Positions 9,174 to 17,837 of a stretch of DNA of 64,000 nucleotides are shown here, one piece after another; positions within the stretch are counted from its first letter, which is position 1; every line of letters starts with the position of its first letter. The position numbers and the translations under genes are program-made. Under the pieces are notes generated by a model, which was not told the DNA's origin, did no database searches, and was given only the letters and a program-made list of their open reading frames with translations. Origin of the DNA: Myxococcota bacterium (lineage in GTDB: Bacteria; Myxococcota_A; UBA9042); NCBI GenBank assembly GCA_964201005.1, contig CAXNCS010000004.1, forward strand, positions 51,620 to 115,619, written 5' to 3'.

Positions 9174-9202
9174 GTCCAGAATATTTTCCCAGGCTCTGAA
9201 CG

Positions 9203-10228
9203 CTACCGCAGCCTCTCATTGACGCGGTTGGCGATCTCAATCAGCTGGTCCGCGGTGCACACTTTGGTCGAGCAGTTGACGGCGACCACCAGCGGCCGCC
9301 GCGGATCGGCGAACACCAGCGACACAACTCCGCCAAAAAACGCCCGGAAACCCTGATCTGTGACCTTGTTGGTCGGCGCCACGTCGCTGTAGGTGTTGCG
9401 CATGGTGTTAAAGCGCGTGCGGCTCTCGGCGAGGTTGCTGTCGCGCCAAACCTGCACGGCCAAGCCAAAGTGATCGCCCTTATCTGGTTGAAAATACGTG
9501 GCGTTGTATACCGGCGACGGCAGGGCCCCCGGCAGATCGCCGCGGCGCAGCTTGGCTTTGTCGCCCAAAACCCGCGCGACGTCGACGGCAGAGAGGTAGC
9601 CGGTGATATCGAGCGGCGGTTCACCGGCCTGCGAATCCATAGCGCCTGGTCGCTCCATGACCGGCGCTTCGGGCATCGGCGCTGGGGCGCTGGGCGGAGT
9701 TTCTGCTTCAGCCACAGCAGGTTGTGCCGCAGCCCTGTCACCCGCGCGCCCGAGTGGGGCGGCTTGCGCTTCGCGGCCGGCAGGCTCGGGCTGGGTTGGG
9801 GCCAGGGGGGCGCCCCCAAGGACGGCGGCCGGATTGGGTTGGGTCGGAACGGTGGGGTCGGTGGGCACTGCCTCTGCGACTGGCGCGGCAGGACCGGGGG
9901 CAGCGGCGGCCTCGGCCGGTGTCGCGGCTTCCGGCGCGGTGCTCGGCACTGGGGCCGGCTGCATGGGGGCGCGTCCGGCGCGGCTCGGCGTAGCTTCTTG
10001 GGCGAGGCCAGCCGTTGGCGACTCAGCGGCGCTGCGGGCCGCGCGCTTGACTACGGGGGGCTTGGCCGGCTTGACCGCCTCCACCGCGTCCTCTTTCTTC
10101 TTGCAGCCCGCGGGCAAGGTCGCCATGGCAGCTGCGACGGCCAGGGCCCCGAGCGCCCGCAGGGCAGGGCCAAGGCGCCGGTGGCGACGGTGATCGGCTT
10201 GCGTCAAGGGGAGCTGGGCGTTGGTCAT
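9203..10228 (-). CDS. Pro/Ala-rich lipoprotein, hypothetical
   Basis: Start chosen at the ATG at 10226-10228 (MTNAQLPLTQADHRRHRRLGPALRALGALAVAAAMATLPAGCKKKE). This gives a signal peptide plus lipobox. A long low-complexity PAPA-rich linker follows, then a conserved C-terminal domain. Confidence 0.55.
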   Translation of the reverse strand: MTNAQLPLTQADHRRHRRLGPALRALGALAVAAAMATLPAGCKKKEDAVEAVKPAKPPVVKRAARSAAESPTAGLAQEATPSRAGRAPMQPAPVPSTAPEAATPAEAAAAPGPAAPVAEAVPTDPTVPTQPNPAAVLGGAPLAPTQPEPAGREAQAAPLGRAGDRAAAQPAVAEAETPPSAPAPMPEAPVMERPGAMDSQAGEPPLDITGYLSAVDVARVLGDKAKLRRGDLPGALPSPVYNATYFQPDKGDHFGLAVQVWRDSNLAESRTRFNTMRNTYSDVAPTNKVTDQGFRAFFGGVVSLVFADPRRPLVVAVNCSTKVCTADQLIEIANRVNERLR

Positions 10229-10525
10229 GGCTGGCCTTAGCAGGTGAGGGCCCACGAGCGGACGGGGCGGGCGCAGTCTAACCGAGTCTCCGCCTTGAGG
10301 CCAATCTCCGCTGGCGATCAACGGTCCAATGCCCGGCTTCATTCCCGATCGCCGACCAAGGGATAGAAGTTTTTGCAGCAAGCTGTGTTAGAAGGTAGTG
10401 AGCCCAAACGAGATTAGCCTCAGGCTTGACCCCGCCGCGCCGGGCAAGCACAATCCAAGGTTGCACAGTGCTGCACTACCCTGCGCCGCCGTGCCTTGCC
10501 AGCGTTTTTGCCACGGGAGCTCCTC

Positions 10526-11218
10526 ATGCACCACCCTTCCCCCTTGCGTACCCACCTGCTTTGCGCGACTGCGTTGGCTGCGCTGCTGAGTTCGGCGGCT
10601 TGCGGTGGCTCCAAAGAGCAGACCAAGGAAGGCGAGGCCAGCCCTCAGGGGCGGCAGACGATCTCCAACGACCCCGTGCAAGAGGAGCGCAGCGCTTCTG
10701 CGGTGATCGAGCGCATCGACGTCAACGGCGACATGAAGCCGGACGTCTTCAAGCACTACGCGCTGGTCGACCAGGCCGGCGGTGACGGCAAAGGCGCCAA
10801 GGTACAGCTTAAGGCCCTGGTTCGCAAAGAGATTGACGTCAACTTTGACCAGCGCATCGACATTGTGGAGTACTACAAGGGCGGGCCTGGCAAAGAGGTC
10901 AAAGAGCGCGAGGAATACGATCTGGACTTTGACGGCCGGGTGGACGAGGTCAAGCGCTACGAAGACGGCACGCTCAAGGAAGTGCAGCTCGACCTGGGCT
11001 TTGACGGCAAGATCGACACCTGGATGTTCTACCAGATGACCAAGAACGAGGAAGGCAAGGACGTCAACCGCCTCTACGAGCGCCGCCGCGATCAAAATGG
11101 CGACGGCAGCGTGGATGTGTGGGAGTACTACGTCAAAGGCCAGCTGCAGAAGGTCGGCACAGACACCAACGGCGATGGCACGCCAGACCAGTTCCAGCGG
11201 GTCGACGAGAAGCGCTGA
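10526..11218 (+). CDS. Lipoprotein with six tandem EF-hand-like calcium-binding repeats
   Basis: Lipobox LLSSAACGGS. There are six repeats of about 23 aa each, with a DxNxDGxxD loop followed by an aromatic residue (DVNGDMKPDVFKHYA, DVNFDQRIDIVEYYK, DLDFDGRVDEVKRYE, DLGFDGKIDTWMFYQ, DQNGDGSVDVWEYYV, DTNGDGTPDQFQRVD). Confidence 0.65.
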   Translation: MHHPSPLRTHLLCATALAALLSSAACGGSKEQTKEGEASPQGRQTISNDPVQEERSASAVIERIDVNGDMKPDVFKHYALVDQAGGDGKGAKVQLKALVRKEIDVNFDQRIDIVEYYKGGPGKEVKEREEYDLDFDGRVDEVKRYEDGTLKEVQLDLGFDGKIDTWMFYQMTKNEEGKDVNRLYERRRDQNGDGSVDVWEYYVKGQLQKVGTDTNGDGTPDQFQRVDEKR

Positions 11219-11335
11219 TCGCCGCAAGACCCGCGCCAGCGGCCAACAGGGCGTGACTGTCGCGCTGCTGGCGCTCTGATGTCAGCGAATCAAGGGATAT
11301 AGCTCTTTGATTGCGGGCGGTTGCTGCGTGCGCCG

Positions 11336-11986
11336 CTAACGTGCGACGGGCGTCGGGCCTTGGGGCATCGGCATGGGCCGGCCGCTGGGGCGGCGATCCG
11401 CGGGCGGATTCAGGTGCAGCTCGACCAGGTGATCGCCGTCGCGCGCCAGGGCTACCACCCGCCAAGGCTGCAAACCCAGTGCTATTTGGCGGACTTGGGC
11501 GGCGAGCATGGGCGGGGCCCCCCGATCGATGGCCAGCACGAGCCGCTGGGCCGCCAAGCCGGAACGCTGCTGCCACTGCCCGGTGCCCCAGCGCAGCAGT
11601 TCGCGAAGTCGATCATCGGTTTGCGCTTGGTCGACCGTGAGTTGCCGCTCCAGCAGCCGCACACCCTGGCCGGTGACCGCCAAGGTCAGCTCGAGATCGG
11701 CCTTTGCCCCGGGGGCCTTGCGAAAGGGCAGCTTGGACCACCCGGGGAGCAGACCGTCGATCTGTCGCTCAGGCAGCTGAATTTGCAGGGCTTGCTCCAC
11801 GGCCAGGGCCGGATGGCCACCCGGTACGGCCTCAGCCTGGGCGGCGCGTGCCTCCGCTGGGTGGGCTTGGGGCGGAGCTTCTGTAGCGGAGTCGGGGCCG
11901 CTGCAACCGCGGGCGCAGCCGCTTGGCCCGGCGATGGCGGCGCCCACGGCTAGGACGGCGCCAGCGACGCGACTCACCTTGATCAT
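11336..11986 (-). CDS. Hypothetical lipoprotein
   Basis: Start at the ATG at 11984-11986 (MIKVSRVAGAVLAVGAAIAGPSGCARGC). Signal peptide and lipobox are present. I recognised no catalytic motif. Confidence 0.5.
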   Translation of the reverse strand: MIKVSRVAGAVLAVGAAIAGPSGCARGCSGPDSATEAPPQAHPAEARAAQAEAVPGGHPALAVEQALQIQLPERQIDGLLPGWSKLPFRKAPGAKADLELTLAVTGQGVRLLERQLTVDQAQTDDRLRELLRWGTGQWQQRSGLAAQRLVLAIDRGAPPMLAAQVRQIALGLQPWRVVALARDGDHLVELHLNPPADRRPSGRPMPMPQGPTPVAR

Positions 11987-12009
11987 TGTCTTGCGATCCA
12001 ACAGGTTAT

Positions 12010-12705
12010 TCACTTGGCCACCCAGGAAAACTGCAGCGGCGCGGCAAATTGCAGGGGCAGGCTCGGCGCGATGCTTTGGACGGGGAAGCCCCGGCAGGTG
12101 CCGCTGTGCGGTGCGCATTTGCCGGCGACGCCGTCGGCCACGGTGCCGCCACAGGTGACCAATTCCAAAGGCTTGTAGTCCTGGACCCGGTACCACTGGC
12201 CGCCAAAGACAAAGGCGTAGCCCTGGCCGCTAATCGCGTTGCCCTCTGTGTAATAGCCGGCGACCACGGGCTTGGCGCAGGTGGAGTCGGCTACGCCCAA
12301 GCGCGGGTTGATCACCGCTCCGCTGGACATTTGCACGCCAAAAAACAGCCCCGTGGCCGGTGAGAATACCACGGCGCCGTCGCGCAAGATGTCGAGGCCT
12401 GCACCCAGAGACAGGCTGGGATGGCCGCGCTGCACCAAGATGCCCACCGGCTCGCCCTTGGCGTCCACCACCCACAGGCCGCCGCCAGCTGCCGCGTTCG
12501 CTGTACCGTCGGCCTTTGAGGCGGCATCGCCAGAGGTCTCGGCCGTCTGCGCGTCGGCGCTCGTCGATGGATCGCCGGATTGCACGTCGGCCACGGCCAC
12601 GGGTTCCGCTTGCTCGGCTGGGGTCCGGCTGCACGCCCAGAGCGGGGTTCCGACGGCGAGAAGTAGCCAAAGGGCCGGCAAAGCCAGGTGATCTCTGAAT
12701 CTCAT
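12010..12705 (-). CDS. Hypothetical secreted lipoprotein
   Basis: MRFRDHLALPALWLLLAVGTPLWAC gives a signal peptide plus lipobox Cys. Codon usage is consistent and the stop overlaps the next gene by 4 nt. Confidence 0.5.
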   Translation of the reverse strand: MRFRDHLALPALWLLLAVGTPLWACSRTPAEQAEPVAVADVQSGDPSTSADAQTAETSGDAASKADGTANAAAGGGLWVVDAKGEPVGILVQRGHPSLSLGAGLDILRDGAVVFSPATGLFFGVQMSSGAVINPRLGVADSTCAKPVVAGYYTEGNAISGQGYAFVFGGQWYRVQDYKPLELVTCGGTVADGVAGKCAPHSGTCRGFPVQSIAPSLPLQFAAPLQFSWVAK

Positions 12706-13628
12706 GCGTGTCGCTGCTCCTCTGTCCAGGCCTTGCGCACCCGCGCGACCGCCTCATCCTGGCGATCGCGAGCCAGGTTCGCCACTTCAAGCATCCACGC
12801 CGGAGGCTCCGCGCTGCGCCGGGCCTTCTCCCAAAAACCCAGCAGCTCGGCAAGGAGCGCCGCTTCTCCCTGGCGACCCAGCCGCTCCAGCTCACTGCGG
12901 ATCCAGCTGCGCTCAAACGCCAGGGTCATCACCGCGTGCAGCGCCTCGCCGTGGAGCAACCGGCCTGTAGCCAATTGCTCCGGCGTCTGCGCTTTGGGCT
13001 CCGCTTGAGTCGGGGGTGCGGCAAACTCGCGCTGGCGACCGACGCGCAGGGCGTGGGCATCCGCTTCGCCATAAGCCCCTTGATCGTTTTCAAAACTGTG
13101 GCGTTCGTGGCCCTCAGACGCGGGCTCCGGCGCTTGCGCAGCTTGGGGCTGATCGCCCGCTTGGGGCGCTTGATCGTCGGTGTCCTTGACCGTCGTCTTG
13201 GCTTTGGGGCGCTTGGGCGCTTGGCGCTCCTGCTCCATCCACGAAGGGGGGGCTTGATCGGTCGGCGCGGCCATGCCAACGGCCTTCTCCAGCGCCTCGA
13301 GGGTGCGTTTGTCGACCGAGCCCGACTGCGGCAGGCCCAGCTGCTTCTGAAAAGCCATAAGCGCGGCGCGGGTTGCGGCGTCGATGACCCCGGTCAGGGG
13401 CAGCTTTATCCCCAAGGTCACGGCCAGCGCCGCCTGCACCCAGCGGGCCATGCGTTGCAGCGGATCGGCCTTGCGCGGCTTGAAGGCCCGCGGGGTCACC
13501 GCCGATCGCCCGTGGGCATAGCCGCTGATGCCGGCCTGGGCGCCTTTGCTCTCCTCCACCTGCAGCTTGGCCATCAGCGAGGCCATCTGCTGGCGGCGCT
13601 TAGATATTTGGGCGTCCTTTAGGTCCAT
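12702..13628 (-). CDS. Hypothetical protein with a putative peptidoglycan-binding (PG_binding_1-like) domain
   Basis: The segment LPLTGVIDAATRAALMAFQKQLGLPQSGSVDKRTLEALEKA resembles the PGRP/PG_binding_1 helical repeat. The start is taken as the ATG at 13626-13628 (MDLKDAQ...). The plus-strand ORF 12708-13622 is rejected as antisense. Confidence 0.5.
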   Translation of the reverse strand: MDLKDAQISKRRQQMASLMAKLQVEESKGAQAGISGYAHGRSAVTPRAFKPRKADPLQRMARWVQAALAVTLGIKLPLTGVIDAATRAALMAFQKQLGLPQSGSVDKRTLEALEKAVGMAAPTDQAPPSWMEQERQAPKRPKAKTTVKDTDDQAPQAGDQPQAAQAPEPASEGHERHSFENDQGAYGEADAHALRVGRQREFAAPPTQAEPKAQTPEQLATGRLLHGEALHAVMTLAFERSWIRSELERLGRQGEAALLAELLGFWEKARRSAEPPAWMLEVANLARDRQDEAVARVRKAWTEEQRHA

Positions 13629-13710
13629 GGCGCGCCTCCGTCTGCGGGTCAGACCCTGATGTTCTGCCTGCTCGGCCCCTCCCGTCAACGGCGACCGCAG
13701 TCCCGATGGA

Positions 13711-14190
13711 TCACAGCGCTTTGGGCTCGACCCGCTGGGCCGCCGCGCCTGCCAGCCAGCGGTCCAGGATGACTTTGGCCGCGTGCTTGTCGACCTCCTT
13801 GCGGCGTTTGGCAGCGCTCATCCCCAGTTGCCGCAGGTCCTGGTGGGCCTCTTGGGTCGAATCTGCTTCATCGACCAGCCACACCGCCAGCGGCTGGGCA
13901 TCGGCCAGGGCCTGGGCAAAGCCGCGGGCCAGCTGGGCGCTGCGATCTTCGCCGCCGTCTTGGGGCGGCCAGCCGACCACCAGCACCTGCACGCCCTGAC
14001 GCGCTGCCATCGGCAAAAGCAGCTGCAAATCCAAGCGGGTACCCCGGCGTTCCAGCACTTGCCACGCCAGGGCGAGCTCTACGCGGTCGTCGGTCAGCGC
14101 CAGGCCGATGCGCGCCCGGCCGACGTCCAGCGCCAGGGCCTTCTTGCGGCGATCCGCGGTTATTTCAGGCGCCTGGCTCAGTTCTGACAC
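13711..14190 (-). CDS. ruvX: YqgF/RuvX-family Holliday-junction resolvase-like pre-16S rRNA nuclease
   Basis: ALALDVGRARIGLALTD matches the YqgF N-terminal LGxDxGxKRIGxAxSD motif. Length about 159 aa. Confidence 0.75.
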   Translation of the reverse strand: MSELSQAPEITADRRKKALALDVGRARIGLALTDDRVELALAWQVLERRGTRLDLQLLLPMAARQGVQVLVVGWPPQDGGEDRSAQLARGFAQALADAQPLAVWLVDEADSTQEAHQDLRQLGMSAAKRRKEVDKHAAKVILDRWLAGAAAQRVEPKAL

Positions 14191-14272
14191 GGATCCCCTC
14201 TCTGGCTAGCTGGCACGCCGGCCCTTGCCGCGGTATGCTATCGCACTCGGCCCGTTGGCTGCAGAGTGTCTC

Positions 14273-14536
14273 ATGTCCGCTCCGGTCACCGTCTATCGCA
14301 CCCAGCAGTGCCCGTATTGCACCGCGGCCAAGCGCCTGCTTGAGCAGCGCAAAATCGCCTTCTCGGAGGTTTTTCTCGACGAAAACCCCAAGCTCCTGAA
14401 CGAAATGAAGGACCGGCTGAACTGGCGCACCGTGCCGATGATCTTTGTGGGCGACCACTTTGTGGGCGGGTACACCGATCTCAAGCAGATCGACGACAGC
14501 GGCGAGCTGGCGCAGCTGTTGGCGGCCCAGGCGTGA
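14273..14536 (+). CDS. Glutaredoxin
   Basis: CPYC active site (VTVYRTQQCPYCTAAKRLL) and the conserved TVPMIFVGDHFVGGYTDL region. The start is taken at MSAPVTVY. Confidence 0.85.
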   Translation: MSAPVTVYRTQQCPYCTAAKRLLEQRKIAFSEVFLDENPKLLNEMKDRLNWRTVPMIFVGDHFVGGYTDLKQIDDSGELAQLLAAQA

Positions 14537-15030
14537 AGACGCAATTCTCCAAGCGGCAGCGGGTGTTTAGCCCAGGGCCCCTCCTCAGCGCTTTCCTGAC
14601 CTTGGGCGCCCTGCTGGCCTTTGGCGCGATCGGCCTTGGGGGATGTGGCAGCGCCGCCAATCCGTCCATGCAACTCAAAGACGCCGTTGAAGAATACACC
14701 CGGGCGATGCGTTGGGGCCACATCGAGCGCGCCGCCGCTTACGTGCCAGATGGCCTTCGCCAAGCGTGGATCCGCCAGCGCCGCCAGGCCCAAGCGCAGA
14801 TTCAGGTTCACGAATACGACATCCGCGCGGTCGAGTATACCGCGGGGCAAGACAAAGCCCGGGTGATCGTCTTGGCGGTGTGGAGCCGTCCCGCCGACCC
14901 GGTGGCGCGCCAGCAGATGCTCGCCCAGGAGTGGCGCTACCGCAATCGCCTGTGGACCATGGTGGCCCAGCGCGAGATCCAGGCCGCCGAGCCCGCAGCC
15001 CAGCCGGTGTCGCCCGCCGAAGCGTTTTGA
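14533..15030 (+). CDS. Hypothetical lipoprotein
   Basis: Signal peptide and lipobox (LGALLAFGAIGLGGCGSAAN). Its start overlaps the glutaredoxin stop by 4 nt (ATGA). Confidence 0.5.
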   Translation: MKTQFSKRQRVFSPGPLLSAFLTLGALLAFGAIGLGGCGSAANPSMQLKDAVEEYTRAMRWGHIERAAAYVPDGLRQAWIRQRRQAQAQIQVHEYDIRAVEYTAGQDKARVIVLAVWSRPADPVARQQMLAQEWRYRNRLWTMVAQREIQAAEPAAQPVSPAEAF

Positions 15031-15069
15031 CCCGGGGCGCCCCAGCCGCCTCAAGGACCTGAGATCACC

Positions 15070-16347
15070 ATGGCCGCCGCCAGCGAACAGCCTACGCCAT
15101 TTCCAACGCCTGAGCCGCCGTCCGTGGCGACGCTGGCGGGCATCGCCGCGCAAATGCCGGTGGTCGTACAGAAATTTGGCGGTTCATCGGTCGCGGATAT
15201 CGAGCGCATTCACCTGGTGGCGGCGCACATCGCCCGGACCTGTGCCCAGGGCAAGCGCGTGGTTGCGGTGGTGTCGGCGATGGGCAAGACCACGGATCAG
15301 CTGATGAAGTTGGCCCATGAGGTCAGCCAGAGCCCGGACCGCCGCGAGCTCGACATGCTGCTGACCGCCGGCGAGCGCATTGCCATGGCCCTGGTGGCGA
15401 TGGCGGTGCGCGACCACGGCCTGCCGGCGACCAGCCTGACCGGCAGTCAGTGCGGCATTCTGACCAACGACACCCCGGGCGGCGCGCGCATTGTCGAAGT
15501 GCGGCCGTTTCGCGTCCAGGACGCCCTGGATCAGGGGCAGGTGGTGATCGTCGCTGGTTTTCAAGGGGTTTCTTGGCGGCGCGAGGTCACGACCCTGGGC
15601 CGCGGCGGCTCCGATACCACGGCGGTGGCACTGGCTGCAGCGCTGGGGGCCGATTGCGAAATCTACAGCGATGTCGAAGGGATCTACTCGGCTGACCCGC
15701 GCATCGTCGCCGCAGCGCAGCGGCTGGATAGCCTGTCTCACGATGAGACCCTAGCCCTAGCCCGCGCCGGGGCCAAGGTGCTGGCGGCGGACGCGGTGGC
15801 TTACGCCCGGGTCCACGGCATTGCGCTGTATGCCCGCAAAACTACAGGGGGTGGTGAGACGGTGGTGCGCATGGACGCCCCGCGCGAGCGGCCGTGGATC
15901 AGTGCCGTCGCGGCGAGGCCAAGCGCGGTGCTGCTGGTGTGGCAAGGCGGCGCAGCGCTGCAAACGGCCGCGGATCGCCTCCTCGATCTGGCCCATGTGG
16001 CCGCGGTCATGCGCGTCGCCGGCCCGTGGTCGCAGCTGCTGCTGGCGCGGGACGTGGCCGACGCCGTGGATCCCGCGTTTGATCGGCTGGTAGAGGGCCT
16101 GGTCCAATGCCTGGGCGGCGCTCTGCAATTGCGCCAGGCGGGCACGCTGGTGTCGATTGTCGGCCCTGCCGTGGGCCGCGAGCCGGCGCTTCAGCAGCAG
16201 TTCACTCAGGCAGTTCAAGAGGTTGTGGGGGATGGTCCGCTGTGGATCGCCGCGCATGGCCTCACCCTATCGGCCCTCGTCGACCCCGGCGTCGCCGATC
16301 AGGCCTTGCGGGTGCTTCACCAGCGCTTTGTCGAGGGGGCCGCATGA
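15070..16347 (+). CDS. lysC: Aspartate kinase
   Basis: The N-terminal amino-acid kinase motif [12 protein letters not shown] and [12 protein letters not shown] are present, followed by C-terminal ACT-like regions. Confidence 0.85.
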   Translation: MAAASEQPTPFPTPEPPSVATLAGIAAQMPVVVQKFGGSSVADIERIHLVAAHIARTCAQGKRVVAVVSAMGKTTDQLMKLAHEVSQSPDRRELDMLLTAGERIAMALVAMAVRDHGLPATSLTGSQCGILTNDTPGGARIVEVRPFRVQDALDQGQVVIVAGFQGVSWRREVTTLGRGGSDTTAVALAAALGADCEIYSDVEGIYSADPRIVAAAQRLDSLSHDETLALARAGAKVLAADAVAYARVHGIALYARKTTGGGETVVRMDAPRERPWISAVAARPSAVLLVWQGGAALQTAADRLLDLAHVAAVMRVAGPWSQLLLARDVADAVDPAFDRLVEGLVQCLGGALQLRQAGTLVSIVGPAVGREPALQQQFTQAVQEVVGDGPLWIAAHGLTLSALVDPGVADQALRVLHQRFVEGAA

Positions 16348-17144
16348 GCAAAATCCCCAACGCCGCAGCAGGCTTTTTCCTCGTCTTGGCCCTGGCGGGC
16401 TGTTCCGGGCCCCAACGCGGCATGCCGGCCGGCAGTCCCGCGAGCGCCGCCGAGCTGATCGCCGCGCTCAAGCCGCCCAAGGTGCAAACTCTGCAGGGCA
16501 CGGCGCGGTTGGACGCATTCATCGGCGGTGAGCGCCGCGCGGTGACGCTGCTGGTGCTGGCCAAGCGCCCGGGATCCCTGCAGTTTCAGGCTCTGGCTCC
16601 GACGCTGGACATGCTGGCCGTGCTGTCGACCGATGGCCAGCGCTTCACTTCCTTTGAGCGCGGCGGCGAACAGTGCCTGACCGGGCTGGCGTGCCCGCGG
16701 AACCTCGCGCGGATTCTGCCTCTGCCCCTGCCGGCTGGGCAGCTGGTCGCGGCGCTGCTGGGCGATTTGGCCCCCCTGGAGGTTCCGGCGGACCAGCAAG
16801 CGCTGGCGTGGGACCAAGAGCGCCAGCTCTACCGCCTGGAGTTGGGGCCCAAGACCGCATTGCATCAGCATTTTTACGTGGAGCCCAAATCCCTGCGTCC
16901 AGCTGGCGCGGTGTGGTACCAGGGCGATCAGCGCCTGACCTCCCTGCAGTACGACGGCGATCTGGTGGCGGGCGGTCTGCGCCAGCGCCTCAAGGTCAAG
17001 TCGGTCAAGCCCGAGGTGGAGATGACCGTCGAAATGCGCGATATTCAAGCTGATGCTCCGCTGGGCGATGAGGCTTTTGCCGTCACCTGCCCCGATGGCA
17101 TGCGCCAGATCGAGCTGGCCTGCGAACCCCCAGCGGCGCCGTGA
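16344..17144 (+). CDS. Hypothetical outer-membrane-type lipoprotein (possibly LolB/LppX-like fold)
   Basis: The ATG at 16344 overlaps the lysC stop (ATGA). [23 protein letters not shown] gives a lipoprotein signal. Length about 266 aa. The fold call is a weak guess. Confidence 0.5.
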   Translation: MSKIPNAAAGFFLVLALAGCSGPQRGMPAGSPASAAELIAALKPPKVQTLQGTARLDAFIGGERRAVTLLVLAKRPGSLQFQALAPTLDMLAVLSTDGQRFTSFERGGEQCLTGLACPRNLARILPLPLPAGQLVAALLGDLAPLEVPADQQALAWDQERQLYRLELGPKTALHQHFYVEPKSLRPAGAVWYQGDQRLTSLQYDGDLVAGGLRQRLKVKSVKPEVEMTVEMRDIQADAPLGDEAFAVTCPDGMRQIELACEPPAAP

Positions 17145-17183
17145 AATCCATTTTCAATTGCCCAAGCAGCTACGGGAGGCTAG

Positions 17184-17837
17184 GTGACCAGAGGTAAGCT
17201 GATCGTCCTGGAAGGCACGGACGGATCTGGGACGACGACTCAGGGCGACGACCTAGCCGACCACCTGCGCCAATTGGGCCTGGAGGTGGTGCGCACCGCC
17301 CAGCCGTCGCCTTTGGCCACAGGTCAACTGATCCGCCAGATTCTGCGCGGCGAGCTCGAGGGCATCGATGCCGCCGTGGTGGCGCTGCTTTTTGCCGCCG
17401 ACCGCGTCGATCTGGGCCAGCGCGTGTTAGAGCCGGCCCTGCAGCGCGGTGCCTGGGTGGTCTGCGACCGCCACGTTGCCAGCTCGCTGGCGTTTCAAGT
17501 GGTGGATGCTGCGCGCGATCCCGGCCAGCCGCCCATCGATCCGCCGTGGATCGCCGCGATCAACCGCTGTGCCCTCGCGGCCGACCTGACGCTCTGGCTC
17601 GATCTGCCCGTCGAAGTGGCGCTGCAGCGCATCGAAATGCGGGGCAAGCCCTTGGAACGATTTGAGGTATCTGAGACGCTCCAGCGGGTGCGCGACCGCT
17701 ACGCCAAGGTGTTTGCCGAGCCGCCCTCGCAGCTGGGCCAGGTGGCAGTTGTCGATGGCGGTGCTACGCGCGACGCTGTGGGCCGTGCTATACGTCAGAA
17801 GGTCAGTCAGCTGTTTGCCCTGCCGGAGCTTGCATGA
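17184..17837 (+). CDS. tmk: Thymidylate kinase-like protein with a degenerate Walker A (P-loop Lys replaced by Thr)
   Basis: Tmk architecture is present: LIVLEGTDGSGTTTQ (canonical is GxDGxGKTTQ), VVCDRHVASSLAFQ (the DRY/DRH motif) and LTLWLDLPVEVALQRI (lid). GGAGG RBS lies before the GTG start. The codon ACG, not AAG, at the P-loop Lys position was read directly. Confidence 0.7.
   Translation: MTRGKLIVLEGTDGSGTTTQGDDLADHLRQLGLEVVRTAQPSPLATGQLIRQILRGELEGIDAAVVALLFAADRVDLGQRVLEPALQRGAWVVCDRHVASSLAFQVVDAARDPGQPPIDPPWIAAINRCALAADLTLWLDLPVEVALQRIEMRGKPLERFEVSETLQRVRDRYAKVFAEPPSQLGQVAVVDGGATRDAVGRAIRQKVSQLFALPELA

Noticed and set aside
12708-13622. 304-aa plus-strand ORF antisense to the PG-binding-domain gene
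   Set aside because: Its composition is Arg/Gly/Leu-rich, as expected for the reverse frame of GC-rich coding DNA. It has no signal or domain motif. The minus-strand gene carries a recognisable PG_binding_1-like repeat.
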